Part shown: positions 39,001 to 54,000 of the stretch, in pieces | Layout of the letters: each line of letters opens with the position of its first letter | How positions within the stretch are numbered: the stretch's first letter is position 1 | Source: Tubulanus polymorphus | Lineage: Eukaryota; Animalia; Nemertea | Length of the DNA: 64,000 nt | NCBI RefSeq assembly: GCF_964204645.1 | Contig: NC_134025.1 | Location: forward strand, 10,292,001-10,356,000 | Direction: 5' to 3' | Made by a program: the position numbers and the translations under genes | Notes under the pieces: generated by a model | What the model saw: only the letters and a program-made list of their open reading frames with translations | Databases searched by the model: none | What the model was told of the DNA's origin: nothing

Positions 39001-42000
39001 CCTTTCCACCAGTAGCGTGGTACTCCTCTTCATGGTAATCAAGAAGCTTTGCCAGACCAAAATCAGTGATCTTTACTTGCTGTGAACTTTGCACTGGAAA
39101 AAAGCATACAGATCATAATTCACCAAAACATGCGCATATTTGTACAATCAAATCATGATATGAATCATTTTCTGAAAACGCTGTGATTAGGACATAATGT
39201 GCTTACCCAACACATTCCTGGCGGCAAGATCTCTGTGAACAATGCCTCTTTCTTCTAAATATTGCATACCCTAGAAACAAACATACGCATTCGCAATAAG
39301 TATAGATGTATCCAGTACTATGCCCGAGGTAACTAACATATACATGAAAGTAAAATTTGTGCCAACAAATAAACCTTCTATGATTGAAAGCCAAGCCATG
39401 AACAACAAATATAACGTTTTACATTTATCAGTTACTAAATTCAATCCTCACATTACATTCACTACAAACTACTGGTACAACAGCAGCATAAAGAAATGCT
39501 CATACTTACCCTCGCTATCTGTGTACACCAGTTCAAAAGTGCTTTTGATCCTATATTTTTCTGGTGTTTGCGCACATAGTCCAGCAGACAACCAAGTGGC
39601 ATTAGTTGCGTAACGAGCATCATCTGCGCAGTCATACAAACACACAATACTCGTATACAACATGGATGATCGACGGACGCCATAACTCGAGCTTCTTCCA
39701 GGAGTTCTTTGTTCATGCAAGGCGAATTGCCTTCCTGAAGGACTTTAATCGCAACAGGAATCTTAACATTTTCACCTTCAGGTATCCATACACCCTGCAA
39801 AACAAATAAACCGGTAATTTCAATAAAAATGGCTGATACGAAAAGTCGTATAATCAAGCCCGTAGCCAGGGGGATATGTCCGTTCGAACGAACGCCCCTT
39901 TTTAGAAAGTGCCCTTCATGATTTTGGTAATTTTTTCAGCCAACTTGTTACAAATTATTACACGCTTTATGATACCTTTTTGTTGTCAATTGCTTATGGC
40001 TTTTGCGCATCCATTGAAACACTATTGTCTGTCTGAGCTGTCATATATGTTACAGGTTCAAAGGCACCTTCAGTGTAGGTCACATCCTACCAGCAACTCA
40101 ACTGGCAGTCCATTGTTTATAATGTTTTCAGAAACACATGTGGCTAACACTAGGCTCACACAGTAATGCAGATGACGAATTAAAAAAGAAATTTTCACAT
40201 TTCTTTCGAAGTGGATATTTAACCGTATACGGCAAAGTATTTACTTCCGCAATTTCTGCGTACATTATCACTATATATTTAGTATTAACTAATAAAAGTA
40301 ACAATAAAATCATTTTATTGGGTTAAGGGTAAGGGCTTCGATAGGGTTAGTGTCAAGAGGGTGAGAAGAGGGTCCAGAGGGTTCCGTTTTACCCCTAGGG
40401 ATAGGATTAGGGTAAGGTGAGGTACTATAGATAGTTGAAACATTCGAATGGTTTTCAGCGAGCTCGGTGGTCTAGTGGTATGAAGCTGCGCTAGTAATTT
40501 AGGCCTACTGTCTCGGGTTCGAGTCTCACTCTATCGGCTCTATTTTCTCTAACTCTGTTCTCCACACTTTCCTTGAATTTTCTAAGTCCCCCACTTCTGT
40601 GCGCATGCGCGGCGTAAATCAGCCAATCAGCGACGATGTACGGTAAAATAGTGGAAATAAACACTCAGCCGTATATGGTAAAATATCCACTGCGTATTTC
40701 TTTCATAACATTTTCATCATAGTATTCTTTTTAATTACATTTCACTGATTCCATAGATGTTTTTTGCTCCAGTAATTACAGATTTATACAAAAAATCATC
40801 GCTTTCAAATTCACCTCGTGTATGTGTGAGCGAAGCAGTGCCTTACGTTGGCGAAACAACTACATGCTATGTTCAATGAGGCAGGATAGGTTAACCTCCT
40901 TGGCCTCATGCACATACATTACGTTGGGGATATCTACAAAAGCTAGGGCGAGAATATTCGCGGGAAAACACCCAAGACGAATGTAGTTTATTATATTTAT
41001 TGATTATGATTTATTTGTTGGGTTTTATTGTTTGTGGAATAGCTACAAAATTCTATTTTAAGCATAGCCTGGGATACTGAACATGCAAAAGTGTCCTTTT
41101 TTATAATTTAAGAACGCCACTTTCAAAATCCTGGCTACAGGCTTGTTATAATACACTTCGGTATCCTATGAGTCACCAGTCCTGTCCAATGAAACATAAG
41201 ATCAGTCTTCTAGTTAAGTTTAAAACCTAGTTTTCATGAGCAGTTTCCAGAGAGCTTTTTTCATGCTACTGAAGCTGGAAGACACATCAGCAGAAAATAG
41301 CTATTGCAAATGCTTCCTGCTCTGCCCCAAAAAAAATGCCGTGAAAACGGTCAAACTGCAGCAGCAATTTTGGAAAGGAAATTCCATCAGGAAACTGCTG
41401 CTTATGAAAACGCGTGCCACTGCTATTGGTTGTCCGGGCGACCACGCGTATTTGTGCTTGTTGTCACCTAGGGTATTTTCACTTTTTTTAGCTGTAAAAA
41501 GCAAATTGCTGGCTCTGGAAGCTGCAACATGAAAATGCGTGTTGCTGAAGACATTTTCACATTGCAGGAAAAAGTTAGTTGGAAATAACTCATGAGAATT
41601 GGGCTTAAACATAAACATAATATGATTAACTGGCATACTGATAGTGCTATATTTTGCCTATCCTTGTAATAACATAAGGTATAGATACATCATACAAAGA
41701 ACCTTAACTTCTAAAGCTTACACATTTTTGTGAAATCAAGGAAGTTATATCCTAGTGTGTTATTTCATATGATAGTGGATTCTTCAATTTACCTTGTAGA
41801 CAGTTCCAAAAGCTCCAGATCCTATGATTCCACCTCGTCGTAATTCCGACTCTTTAACAAGTCTCATGTGCGCCATATCCGGTTTAGCATCAGACGGAGT
41901 TAAAGGCTGTAAAAAACGCAGGAATGTCGCATTGTTAAGATCATGGTGAAATGTTCGTTTGTACGTGGAAAAGACGTAAAATCTACAAACCACATCGTCG

Positions 42001-45000
42001 GTATATCCGCTGAGACGCGCGGTCAGTTTCAAAGCGTTCTCCTTCGACAGGGCTCTCAAGCGACAATAGTAAGCAATAACTCCGATTCCGATGATAATGA
42101 GAAACACTGCACCCGTCACAGATCCAATCACAACACTCATGGACCTTTAATTAACAAATGGTGATTCATAATCAGGATTAAAAACTCAAGGTTCTGAATT
42201 CATAAGCCACAATCACACAGAGACAATTTGGCCGGGCTGAACTGGCACGGATCAGGCCCGAGTCAAATCTGGCCCGTGCCTAATTAGAGACCACGTTCAC
42301 ACGTAAACCCCTCACTCGATACTAAACAATGCTTAAACAAAGCAAAGTGAATCACTTCCAGAACCAATTGCAATTCACAAGCAATGATTTGACCGGTGCT
42401 AAAATTTGGCCTGGTCCAATGTCTTTGGTCGGGTCATGTTTGGCCTGGGTCAAATAGGCACAGGCCCATTTGGCACCCAGGCCAAAAATGGTCCGTGCGA
42501 TCGCGGCTATAATGAAATTGCAAAATACTTACGCAGGCATCGTAACTAGACAAACATCTTCACCAGTTTCCTTGTCAGCATCAGTATATGGGTGTGTCTT
42601 TGGACACTTTGCAGTACAATTTATCTTCTATAAAGGGTGTAAAAAACTTTTAGGGATACAATTATCACTTGTAAAGATTACCAGTAACAAAAGCAGGCAT
42701 CATCTTCATCAAGTCACTTGAGATACAAGTAAATACAATATTCAACAAATATTATGTGTAGCTCTCGAAGCCTATAAGTTGTACTTACCCTGTCTTTGCC
42801 AGGATCATCTATGTCAACTCTAAAATGCAGGCATAATTTACAATCGGTTGTACTTTTACCAGTGCACCCACGTTTACATTCATCATGGCAATTTCGACAG
42901 ATCAGGTCTCCTACTTCATCCGGCTCGGCATACGTGCCTTCTGGACATCTCGAAATACATCGGCTTTGGAAGCGGTAATATTTGCAGCGAGGACAGTTAT
43001 AATCACCAGCAGATGTACATGTTCTACACATGTCATCGCATCGAATACAACTCTGAAACACAGTAATATAGCCGCATAAGATACATTTTATAATAACTAT
43101 ATCTACCCATGATTGAGTTATGGTGCATCTTTGGCAATTAAAAGAGATTCAAATACTTGTATTCAGTTAATCGAAAACTCTATATAGTTCAGTCCACCTC
43201 CTGATAAAACCATGACCGAGCTCTACATTTGAACTAAAAAATTGGCTCATTTTCAATAAGCAACATTTGTGAGACTGGTTCTAATATAGAGCCAGTTCCA
43301 CAGTTCTTGATTAAGATTCAAGGCTTTGACTGAAAGAGATGAGGGTCTGAGTAAAACATTTACTGTAGAAAAAATCAAACAGACTAAAAAGGTTGAATCT
43401 CAGGAAACATCTATGAATTTGATTGTAATTGGCATGCTTTCTCATCATTTACAACACGATTTAGCAACTGGGTCAGATAACTAGGATACTTCTTACAGCA
43501 TTTTGGCAGAAAGTTACATCAAAATAAGTCGATCTACTATGAACATTCAACGTGGGTACTTACTGCAAGACGTAACAAAGAACTGAATGAATTTTTGTCC
43601 GAATGTTGATTCAATGTGTATTTCAGATAATATCCGTCCGGGCAGACGTATTTATCTGGATTGCTCTCCAAACAATGGTCGACCTCAGTCGCATTTTTCA
43701 TCACCACGAACGAACAATTGTTGCAAGCGTTCTTTCCAACCTTGTTCAACGGGCCGGTACATCTAAGATATCACACAACAGAATGTGAATGTTACATGCT
43801 CGACTGACTCAGGAAAGAACACACGAATAAGAAAACCAAGAAGAACTTACCCGCCGACGCAATAATCATGGCACGGTTTACAGTGTTTGGTATCATCGGG
43901 ATATTTTGAACTCGGACACTTTTCAACACAGAAAGGACCATCTTTGAAATTCTTGCAGCCGTCTGAACAGTGGTCGGAATCCTAGATATTAGATGCATCT
44001 ATATTATTTCAACTGCGATAACAAGTATACATATTATTATGATTTTCTTCACCTTAAGAGATATTGTGTGAACCGGTGAAATGGCTATTTCATTAGTTGA
44101 ATAAAATTAGTAACCTGAGCACTAATAAACCCCGAAAACCTATTCCAGCCATCATAATGCTTCTACTAAATTCATGGGCAATCAATTGTTAAGCTTTAAG
44201 AAAGGCTAAAAACACGCAGTTCCCATGGGTGTTTAGCTAGTCGAAACAAATGATCTATGACATACGTCTGAGTCTTAAGGCTAGCATTTAACCCTTTCAT
44301 TGCATCTACACCGTAGTGTGGTGTGTAAAGAGGTGATGGTCTTTGCTAGTACACCGCATCACAGTGTATTGATGTTATTAATTAGTTTTCATCTCGATTG
44401 AAAGATGGCAGTACCTGTCTGACTTAGTGGAATACTATTAACAAAACACCATCATCCCGAAGTGTAAACAAACTACAGCCCATTTTTCAACACACTGGGT
44501 TAGAATTTTCAAAAGATTTTTTTCAAATTATCTCCAGCTTTTTTGAATATCAATAATCATATCACTGAAAGGGTTATACGTGAATGATGAAGAAAATCAA
44601 AAGGAGCTACATTAGCTTGACTAATTGAAAGAAAATTTGGACCCACTCTTGCTTCCACTGAAAAGTTCAGTGCACAATGAAATAAATTCTATCTGTGTAA
44701 CTGTGAACAAATTGAATTGAACTTACCGGCCCTTTACAGTTAGAGTTGCATTCTTTGTGGCATTTTTTGCACGTTTGATTTCCAGCGTCATAAAGTCCAG
44801 GTTCGCTGTAGCAACTCGAAACGCAACGGCTACCGACGCGGAAATTGACACAATCTTGACACTGCTCGGGTCCAGGACCCATGCAGCCACCCGCGCATCC
44901 TGGATCGCATTTTAAGCCTTTGGTTACTGAAAAATTACAAGTGAGTCATACTATCAGTTATCTATATGAAACCATGCCTATACAAAAATCATAAATCCTA

Positions 45001-48000
45001 CGTTAATAAAAGCATTGCGTTATACGCTTTTTAGTGATATTACTAATTATTAAGCCAATCACCTAAATTTTCACTCTAAGACGTTATGTCTCATTAATAA
45101 TATTGTGTTCAACTTTTATAGTTTTATAATTTGTTAGTTTTCTCGGATCAAATTGATTCTTTAATCAATGCATAGGTGTAATATATGTTTTAAAAAGCAA
45201 ATCTTTAACCAGCAAACTGCGTTGTTAAAAATCTTAATGTAACAACAAAAAAAAACTAATTTTCATGAGTAATCTATACCATTTGAACTTTTAGACCAGT
45301 GAATTTCACTACTTTTAAACTATTGTGGAGTTTTGAAAGGTTAGTAAATACACCTATATATTGTGCGTGCAAATTACAAAGATGTTACAAAGATGTTAGA
45401 TGAGGTACTGTTAAAAACAACCTCTAACCATAATGTTAGACAAAAATAAAATATCATTTGAAAAAAAATTAAAAAGTTACTTGGTAATTGTTATCTTCTA
45501 AGTTATGAATAAAGTTACAAATCAATTGATACTAGTAGGACAGGGACACCATGCTCACTTGGAAAAATGCTTGACAATCTGACTACTTCATTCAATGCCC
45601 CCTCCCACAATTTTGCAATTGATTGTTGTTTCAAAATGTATATCATTTAGTTTTTAACCCCCCTCCCCATCAAAAAACCTTTTTCTATCTACAAATAAGG
45701 ACTGATGACACTAAGATGGCTAATGATTGCATAAAAAACCCCTCTGATCTATGAATAACCCTGTTCTCAAAACATTACGTATATCAATGAAAAATAGCAG
45801 ACCATTAAGAACCTAAGCTTTAAGGTCAAAGGATAGCCATCTTGTGTCCGATGGGCCTAGTTTTTCTGAAGATGATGGGCAAATATACACATAATATTGA
45901 GAATATTGATCAAAGTGTCCACAAAATTTCCTTGAAATCCTCGAAAACAAAAAAATAACAATGGCTGCCAGTTCATCATTGTAATTTCGATCAAGCCAGC
46001 TTTTTGGGCTGCCCATGGGCAGATACGCCAAATATCAAGACAATCCATTGCAACGTCTTCAAAACTTCCCAAAATAACTGGATTCAAGGATTCCATTTAC
46101 CCACAGCAAATGGATAGAAAAGTGAATGCATTAGTGTGCTGCAAGTGGGCTACAAAATTGAAAATGAAATACATAAACTAATCAACAAATAATTAAAAAT
46201 ACAATGTAAAATGCCTGAAGATGCAAATTCATTCACAGAGAATTTCACGACTGCTCTGGGGTGAGGTAACAGCATTGTCAGGCTTGTGAGTGTAACAAGA
46301 GTGTATAAGGCACCCAATCAGTCCTCAACAGGTCGAACTGAGAGACTGTCGGAGTGTCCGCAACATTCAGACATTCATAACGGGAAGCATGCATATATCC
46401 AGGGACAAAATGGGTTCAGGAGTCTGGAAGGGTGTAGGGTACACTATTCATGGGAATGTTTCTTTAAACAAATGATTTCTTTAAAATGTTAGCATAAAAA
46501 CCAATTTCAGAAACAATGACAATCATCCTTAAACTGACGTGTCGGAAAAATCTTTTAAATCTTCTTCTCAGCAACTAATATCAGTGCGTTGGAAGTACTT
46601 ATTCTAATAACTTACGCCAGGCAGCATTTGTGCAATAAATCTAAAATCTAATATCGTGATAAGCCGTGATAATATTGCGATATCTTTTCCAAAGCTACTA
46701 GGAAAGTACTCGACAACAATAGACATCTTATGAATGTGCGAGAGGTTTGTGTGTGTGTGTGCGCACCGCGACACCGTTCCAGACCCTTAACCTGTGTGCT
46801 ATAGTGAATCAACTAAAAAGACTGTACAACGACATGCACAACTAATAAGGACGACTCAGCATATGGTCAAACACAACAACATCGGTGGTTACTACCATAT
46901 ATGAGTCAAAGTTTTTTTTTTCACTTACAACACATTTCGGGAACACCGTTCAAGTGAATATAGAATGTATTTATGAATTTTTTCCAATCGATCGTATCAG
47001 CCAAGCAGAGGGCTTTATTTTGGACTATGATTACATTGCCATTTTGTAGGCTTTTAAGCGATTTCAACCCTAAATACTGTATATGGTCGCTGCGGGAAAT
47101 CTGTATCACTGCCTCGTAGCTGTAAATAGATCATGTTAGAACATATTGAAACAAACGTAGCTTATTCACGTGAGCTATATCAGATAGTGAGTTCGAACTG
47201 CCGACTATTATTATTATTCCATTGAAAGTCATGTGAACCCTCCAATTAAGTCGAATGAAACCACGACAGATTATGTCAAATAGTCAATATAGGCTAAGTA
47301 TTGAAACCGTAGGGAGACAAATAACAGTGTTGGCAGTAAAATCCCAATACGACCTGACATAGCTCGCCTTTCAGCAACGGAAAGGCTGTTCCACCTTAAT
47401 TTCATAGGTCGCCAGTGTTCGGTATCTTTTTTCATTGATTCACACCTCTTTGGGTCGTATTCAAAGAGCGTCCTGTTATATCGAATCATCCGATCTCTGC
47501 TTGCTTTGCTCAACGCAGCGCAAGGTCGCTAAGTCAAACAGGACGAGGCGAGTACATCCGAGAAAACAACTGGCGACGTATGACATGAAGGCTGTTAGTA
47601 AACGCTAAAGAATGAAAAAACTTACAACACTTAGCCCGGCCCGAGTTCTTGGCAAAGTATGATTTGGCATTCGGATTCAGTTTTGACCAGTCATAATCGA
47701 CAGCAAAACATAATTGTGGGTTATTCGAAATAAAGATTACGCCGGCCGAATTGCGCAACTGCTTGAGCGAGCGCAGTCCCAAGTAAGTTAAATACTTATT
47801 GTGACTGACGTGTAGGATTGATCCGCTCCTGTAAATTATGTTTCGAGAACACGAGAAAAACAAAATGAACATTTTCACGAGAACAAACACACGAAAAGAA
47901 ACAGACGCGGTTTCACAGAACAGGATTTTAGTCACAAATGTAGGTAATAATCCCCCCTGGGTAAAAAAATAGCCCAGAATCAATTTTCTATCAAACTAGA

Positions 48001-51000
48001 ATAAAAACACTTAGAACTATCAAGGAACACATATGTACATAGATATTATGACTTTTAAACTATATTTCTTTATAGAAATATTCAAAACTACAATAATGCC
48101 ATTTTTGATGCATGTAGCTTGCTATAAGTGACTGAATGATGTATAATTTGTATGCATGTAACTCTTTTAAGTCACAGATTATCCAAGGTGAATATTGTGA
48201 TCAGCACTAAGGAACTTTTAAATTTTTGAAATCTATCAAAGTTTTTCGGCATAATGGTGAAGTATTTTGTTGTGAAATCAAATTTGGGGGGATTTTTACA
48301 CATATAAGTCACATACACAGGAACATGGGAGATAGTCGGACAAATTCCAAAAAAAATCTCAAAATCCCATAACTCCATATATCTTTTACTTTCATGATTG
48401 TTATGGCAATAAACATTTTGGAGCTGGCAACGAAGCTTTGCTAGAGATGTTGAAACATTTGGCGCTGAACTGGTAAATTGGTTAAATTAATCCATAGGCC
48501 GCTGGATTAAAAACCCACGTAAAGTAGGCATATACGTTCGAAGCCAGGTTTTCATCATTAATATTTTCAGGAAATGTTTTGTTGGATATGAAGGTGGCTA
48601 TCAAAAAAAAAACTTACCGATCCAGATATTTCCCATGAATAGTCTCGAGGTTCTCCAGAAAGCTAAGATTCGTCAAATTTTTGTGGTCGGACTGAATCAT
48701 GAGATAGCCGTGAATTTCTTTGACGTCTTTTAAAGCGTTCAGCTCCGACGGTTCCATCGGTCGATAACCATAATGCGGGTCACTAAAAATGGGATATACG
48801 GTCCACATGATACAGAGATTCAGGATTTTCAACCCCAGACAGCCATCTGTACTCGAAGTATGTCTTAGGTTGAAAAATTCATTCCGGGTCAAACATAAAA
48901 TAAGTACTATTTCAATTAATCAAACTATGAACCCTGGAACTGGCTCCAGATGATACAGTTCAGTTGATTTTTTGAATCTAAATCTCGGCTGAGCCATTCT
49001 GTGCCATCGTACTTACCCGGAGAATGAGGTAGACAGGATTCGGACGTTGTTTGTGATTACAGTACAGCCGCGGAATTGCCCGATATTGTTCGAATGGATA
49101 AAATCATTGTCACCTATAATGCCCGGACAGTCTGAATAGGAAAAAGAAAAATACATCATTTTTGGAAGAAGTTTCAGATGGCTATCATGATGCTATGACA
49201 ACAATTGAATAGCGGGAATCACAACTTCAAACTGAGGGATGTCTCAAATGATTTAGATTTTTCACTTAATTCGGATGAAATATTTGGTCTATTCAACCTG
49301 GAACCATTATTCATAATCTGGATTTTACTTAACTTAGTTCTATTAAATAAACTGATTTTGGAAACTATGTGTAGTATATAGGTATAGTGAGGTCTAAAAG
49401 ATACTCTCAAAAGATTCAAACTTATTTCCTTTGGCCCCTGCATTTTGATTGAAATGTCTTATGTCGCCTACGGGATGAGGCACCCGCTGAATAAGAACTG
49501 ATCCACCGGGTATACGTGAGGCTTCATGTTTCTTATCTAACACACAATTCTGCCTGTTGCTTGCCTATTTCTAGACTATATCAATCGATATGTTATAATG
49601 TATATCATACTGATCTTGGTTAAGTAATTATATAATTATACAACTGGCTGGGGGTGAAAAGGTTTGAATAAAGATAAGATACAAAAATTCATTGTCTTAA
49701 TACTTTACCCTTCTACTGATATAGATATTAGAAAAAATGTCCATATAATAATTTTGAGAAAAACCACAACTGTTCCGCTATTGACCGGTTTATCAAGTCC
49801 ACAGTAATGAATAACATAAGACTCTTCAGTCAAAATCTTTTTGTTTTTTACGCACATACCTTTTGGACAGGGGCCATCGCACTTTACACACTTTCCAGCC
49901 TTGTTGGCGCCTTGACTCATCGCGTATTCTCCCTTAGGACATTTCTTTACGCACGCGCTTCTGTGCTGGTAGAGATATTCTGAAAATAGAAATTGTCCAC
50001 TATACTGAATGCCAAGAATTGTTTTATTTGTATTTCAAATAAAAAAATGCTGCTTTTTGATTTTCATTCATAATACTCATCATGGGATTTCATTTAGTAA
50101 CAATATTAGGAACAAGGTCTTTATGGCCTCTTTATTATCATCAATTTTGTGACACATATGAAAAAAAAAACTAAATATCTACGGTAACTAAAAATGACTA
50201 ATTGCTATCAGGTGACCCATGAAATACAGATGATAATGATGATTTCATATTCATACATACTAGGACACTCTTTAGTGCAGATGTTTCCATACGTAAACTT
50301 GGCATTCGGATTTGGAATATATTTGTACAACTTCGAATCATAAATTTCTGGTTCCGGGCAATAGCTTTCGCATAAGCCGTCGTTGTAGAACTTTCGACAC
50401 GCCTGAAATAAGAAATATATCGATGGTTATGTTCGACATTAGGTGTTGTCGCTGAAGTGAAAAACTATTGAGAGTAATAATTTCTCCCGTATAAAAAGTA
50501 TTTGCCCACCGGCAAACAATCGATTTCGCAATCCAAGAATAGCAAAAAACGATAAAGCGGATATTTCGAGTTTTGATAAGTCGATAGAATTTATCGTCGA
50601 TAGAATTCTATTCGCCGAGGCCGCGGTGCGGGGTTTTCAACGACGTGTAATATTTCCGCGGAAAACCGGCTTGAAGTTCAAGAAATAAAACAACACTCGA
50701 ATTCGGCGTTTTATTACAGAAAATGACTCGGGTGTAGATAAATAAATGTAAAAACATGAACGCACGTAGGTTGAACATTGCACCACGTACTATGTTCTTC
50801 AAAGCAAATAATATCCCTTCACAATATCGATGACTATATCGATTTTGTGAAGTTATTCGATCATCAATGATTCTGAATGCTGTTGTTTTTGTCATACATA
50901 CCACGCAGTCTCCCCTTTTAGGGTTACTACAGCCGGCGGCACATTCGGCGTGGCAACACTCGCTCGGACCGGGCCCGTAGCATCGCCCGTCACATTGCGG

Positions 51001-54000
51001 ACTACAGATCACTCGATTCACTGCAATTACAAACATAGATTTTAGAAATATTCTTAAACATATCTGATTAAACTCCAAGCATATCGCAATCACTTCTCGC
51101 TGAAAGCTAATGTATCTTGTTTGATTTCAAAGTTTTACTTCAAAAGACATACTTAGAATTCAATGATTCTAGAACATATCTAATAAGACTTCAAGCATAT
51201 CTCGATGACTTAAACATATACATCTTGCTGAAAGCAAATGTATCTGGTTTTGACTTTGACAAAATATATATTTATCTCGATGATTCTAAACACAATGTAT
51301 TTGACTAAAAAAACCATTTCATTAAGCCTAAACATACGTCAATGATTTTAAACATGACTTCATTGACTTCAAACAAATTATGACTGTTCTCATGACTTCT
51401 TGTATAGTCAGTGACGTCCTTCATTTTTCTATTGGTCAGACATCAGGAAAAGGGCACACACTGGGTTTCCGCCAAGGGCGTCGAGGTACTGGGCCCCATA
51501 AAACTTAGTTTAAGGACCATTTCTTTCAGTCTACTTGCTAACTGAACATGTAAAATCAGAGATTCTAAAAATTCATAACAACATGTTTTCCCCCCTAGAG
51601 AATCAATACTTTTTCGGAATTTTCAAAAGATCCACGTTTTCCTTAATTTGTCGGACATTTGTTGGACCTGCGGCAACGTCACTGGTACTGGACTTTGCTC
51701 CTGATGGTTTCAAGTTGAAATCAGACAGTCGAATTACATTATAGACTCATCTATAATGCCTAACATTGTCTACTTCTAAAATATGAATCTAAGCTAATTT
51801 GCTATAATTTTAGATATTCAAATAGTTTAACTATTAACCACTAACCCAGTACAATGCCTACTCTAATTCCAAGAAATGTAGGCATTTTAATCGTATTTCG
51901 TGAAATGACTGGTGAAAATTGATACGAATAATATCATCGAAAATATTTAGTATTCGAACGATCAACATTCTCCGTGTGTGTTCGGTATATATGTATATGT
52001 TACGTACCTGACAAAATGGGAAATCAATCGAAAAGTATCATATTCAAAATATTGCCCGAAGATATGTTAGTCGTCATCAGAAATAACACGAAGGCTATGC
52101 ACTTGATATCATAATTATGAAATATGACCGCGTGCAGTCTCAGTGATTTACTGGCAGGTATAGTATTATATATCATTACGTTTTGAAGATGAAGCAAAAC
52201 TGTGAAAAATCATGAAAATAATTCGAATACGTTAAACTTCAAAGACGACTTCAATTTTCCAATTCACAGGAGAGTTTTTTTTTTCACCGGCAGATTTGCT
52301 CTAGATTTGTTTGACAAAAACAGGGGGCGCATGCCACGTACGTCCCCCCCTGTCTGGATACGCCACTGATTACAAGATACATATTAATTATTCAACCACG
52401 TGTGTGTGTGTGTGTGCGCACAGGCCATACTTATTTTCACGCTCCAAACTCTAGAAAAACAAGTGCGTCGGCGAACAATCCATATTTAATAAGTTATTTG
52501 CAGTTGGGAGCATTATATTAGTGAAACATTAGCGTTAAAGAGCACTTGGTACGAAGTGTAATAGGATCCAGTGTCTATAAGAATGCGATATATAATTAAT
52601 GACTAGCTGATAAAGCTACTATTGTGTCGGAGATATGAAGTTATAAAATCCGGTCTCTCTCTCTCTCTATACATGGCCGTGTTCTCAATCTTCCATCTTC
52701 AGAAACGGCTATTATCAGTACAATTTACACGCACGTTACATATACCGAGGCCGCTATTATTCGTTCCCAGGGGCCGCGCACGGTATCGGTTATTACTGGA
52801 CCTAAACATCGCATTAAAGCGCCAAAAGAGCCAATCCCTCGACTTATGTAGATATGCTAACAGTTACCAATATAAGACAAAAAGTATGAAAAGTTATAAG
52901 TTATCATTATCATTATTGGTGATAGTATCATCAACCTAACTATCATAATCATTATTGTTATCACTATTATAACTACTATTGTCACCGTCGTTTTCATTAT
53001 AATCATCAGTTTTACTGATATTCTTTTATAGTTACCGATGTTACAACACAAAATTCCCTGAGTGAAATTCTATAAATTTTCCCTGATTTTTTTCAAGATT
53101 TTTCTGATTCTCTGAGTTTTCCAGGTCAGGGCAAGCCTGCGAACTGATATCTGACGATTCACATCATCCAAAAATTTCACTAAGCCCCCTTTCATGTTAT
53201 TGGTACAATATTCATTACTCAATAGATGGTTGGTATTTGAGTACCATAGACATAGGTCTCGATCACGCAGAGACGATTTGGCCCGGGCCAAATTGGCATG
53301 GATCAGTCAAATTAGGCCTGTACCTAATTAGAGAGTGCCTTCACACATAAACTCGATACTAAATAATGCTTAAACAAAGTGAACTGAATCACTTCCCGGA
53401 ACCAGTTGCAATTCACATGCAAGTAATTTGACCCATGCTAAAATTTGGCTTGGGCCTGGTCTGCCATTTTTGGTCTAGCCAAATTTGACCTAAGCCAAAC
53501 AGGCATTTGGCACTCAGGTGAACAGTTGTTCGAGGCCTAATTTGTCAAGGGCCAATTTGGCACGGGCTCGCGTGATCGCGGCTATAGAGAACTTGTTTTG
53601 CCTAAATTAGGCGAGGGCTATACTTACATGTTTGACACATATCAGGACCATCGCCCCAGCAGTAAGATCCCCCGTTGACTTTACACGAACTGTGACATTT
53701 GTTACCTGCAAAACACGATTAACATGTAAATGACAATGAATGGTATCTTGAAACATCAAGATATCTTATTTGCATCTAATTCGAGATACGTGCATGAATT
53801 GATCTGTGGCCAGTCTATGCTCGATCTAATGTTTATCAACAACTTGGGACCTCATGATTTAAAGACTTTTACAACTTAGGACTAGCAATTGGGCAATTCG
53901 ACGAAAGGATTAGTTTTGAATTCAACTCAAAAATGATCATTAATCTTAACCCTTTCAGTGCATCTACACTGCAGCGCGGTGTATTAATTGGTGATGGACT

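Larger units (their letters stand above)
39855..41145. mobile_element. 1.3-kb non-autonomous TIR DNA transposon (hAT-like ends) with a nested insertion
   Basis: caagcccgtagccagg ... cctggctacaggcttg TIRs, flanked by gtataat / ttataat. Confidence 0.7.

Noticed and set aside
40320-40422. Interstitial telomere or chromosome fusion site
   Set aside because: Short, degenerate and enclosed by element TIRs.
40460-40540. Functional tRNA gene
   Set aside because: Imperfect acceptor stem, no clean anticodon arm, and embedded in a TIR element.
44927-46928. A third alternative L2 exon
   Set aside because: No LGL.SL..LC..W motif or matching phase 2->1 splice pair found; ORFs at 45813-46096 are unrelated.
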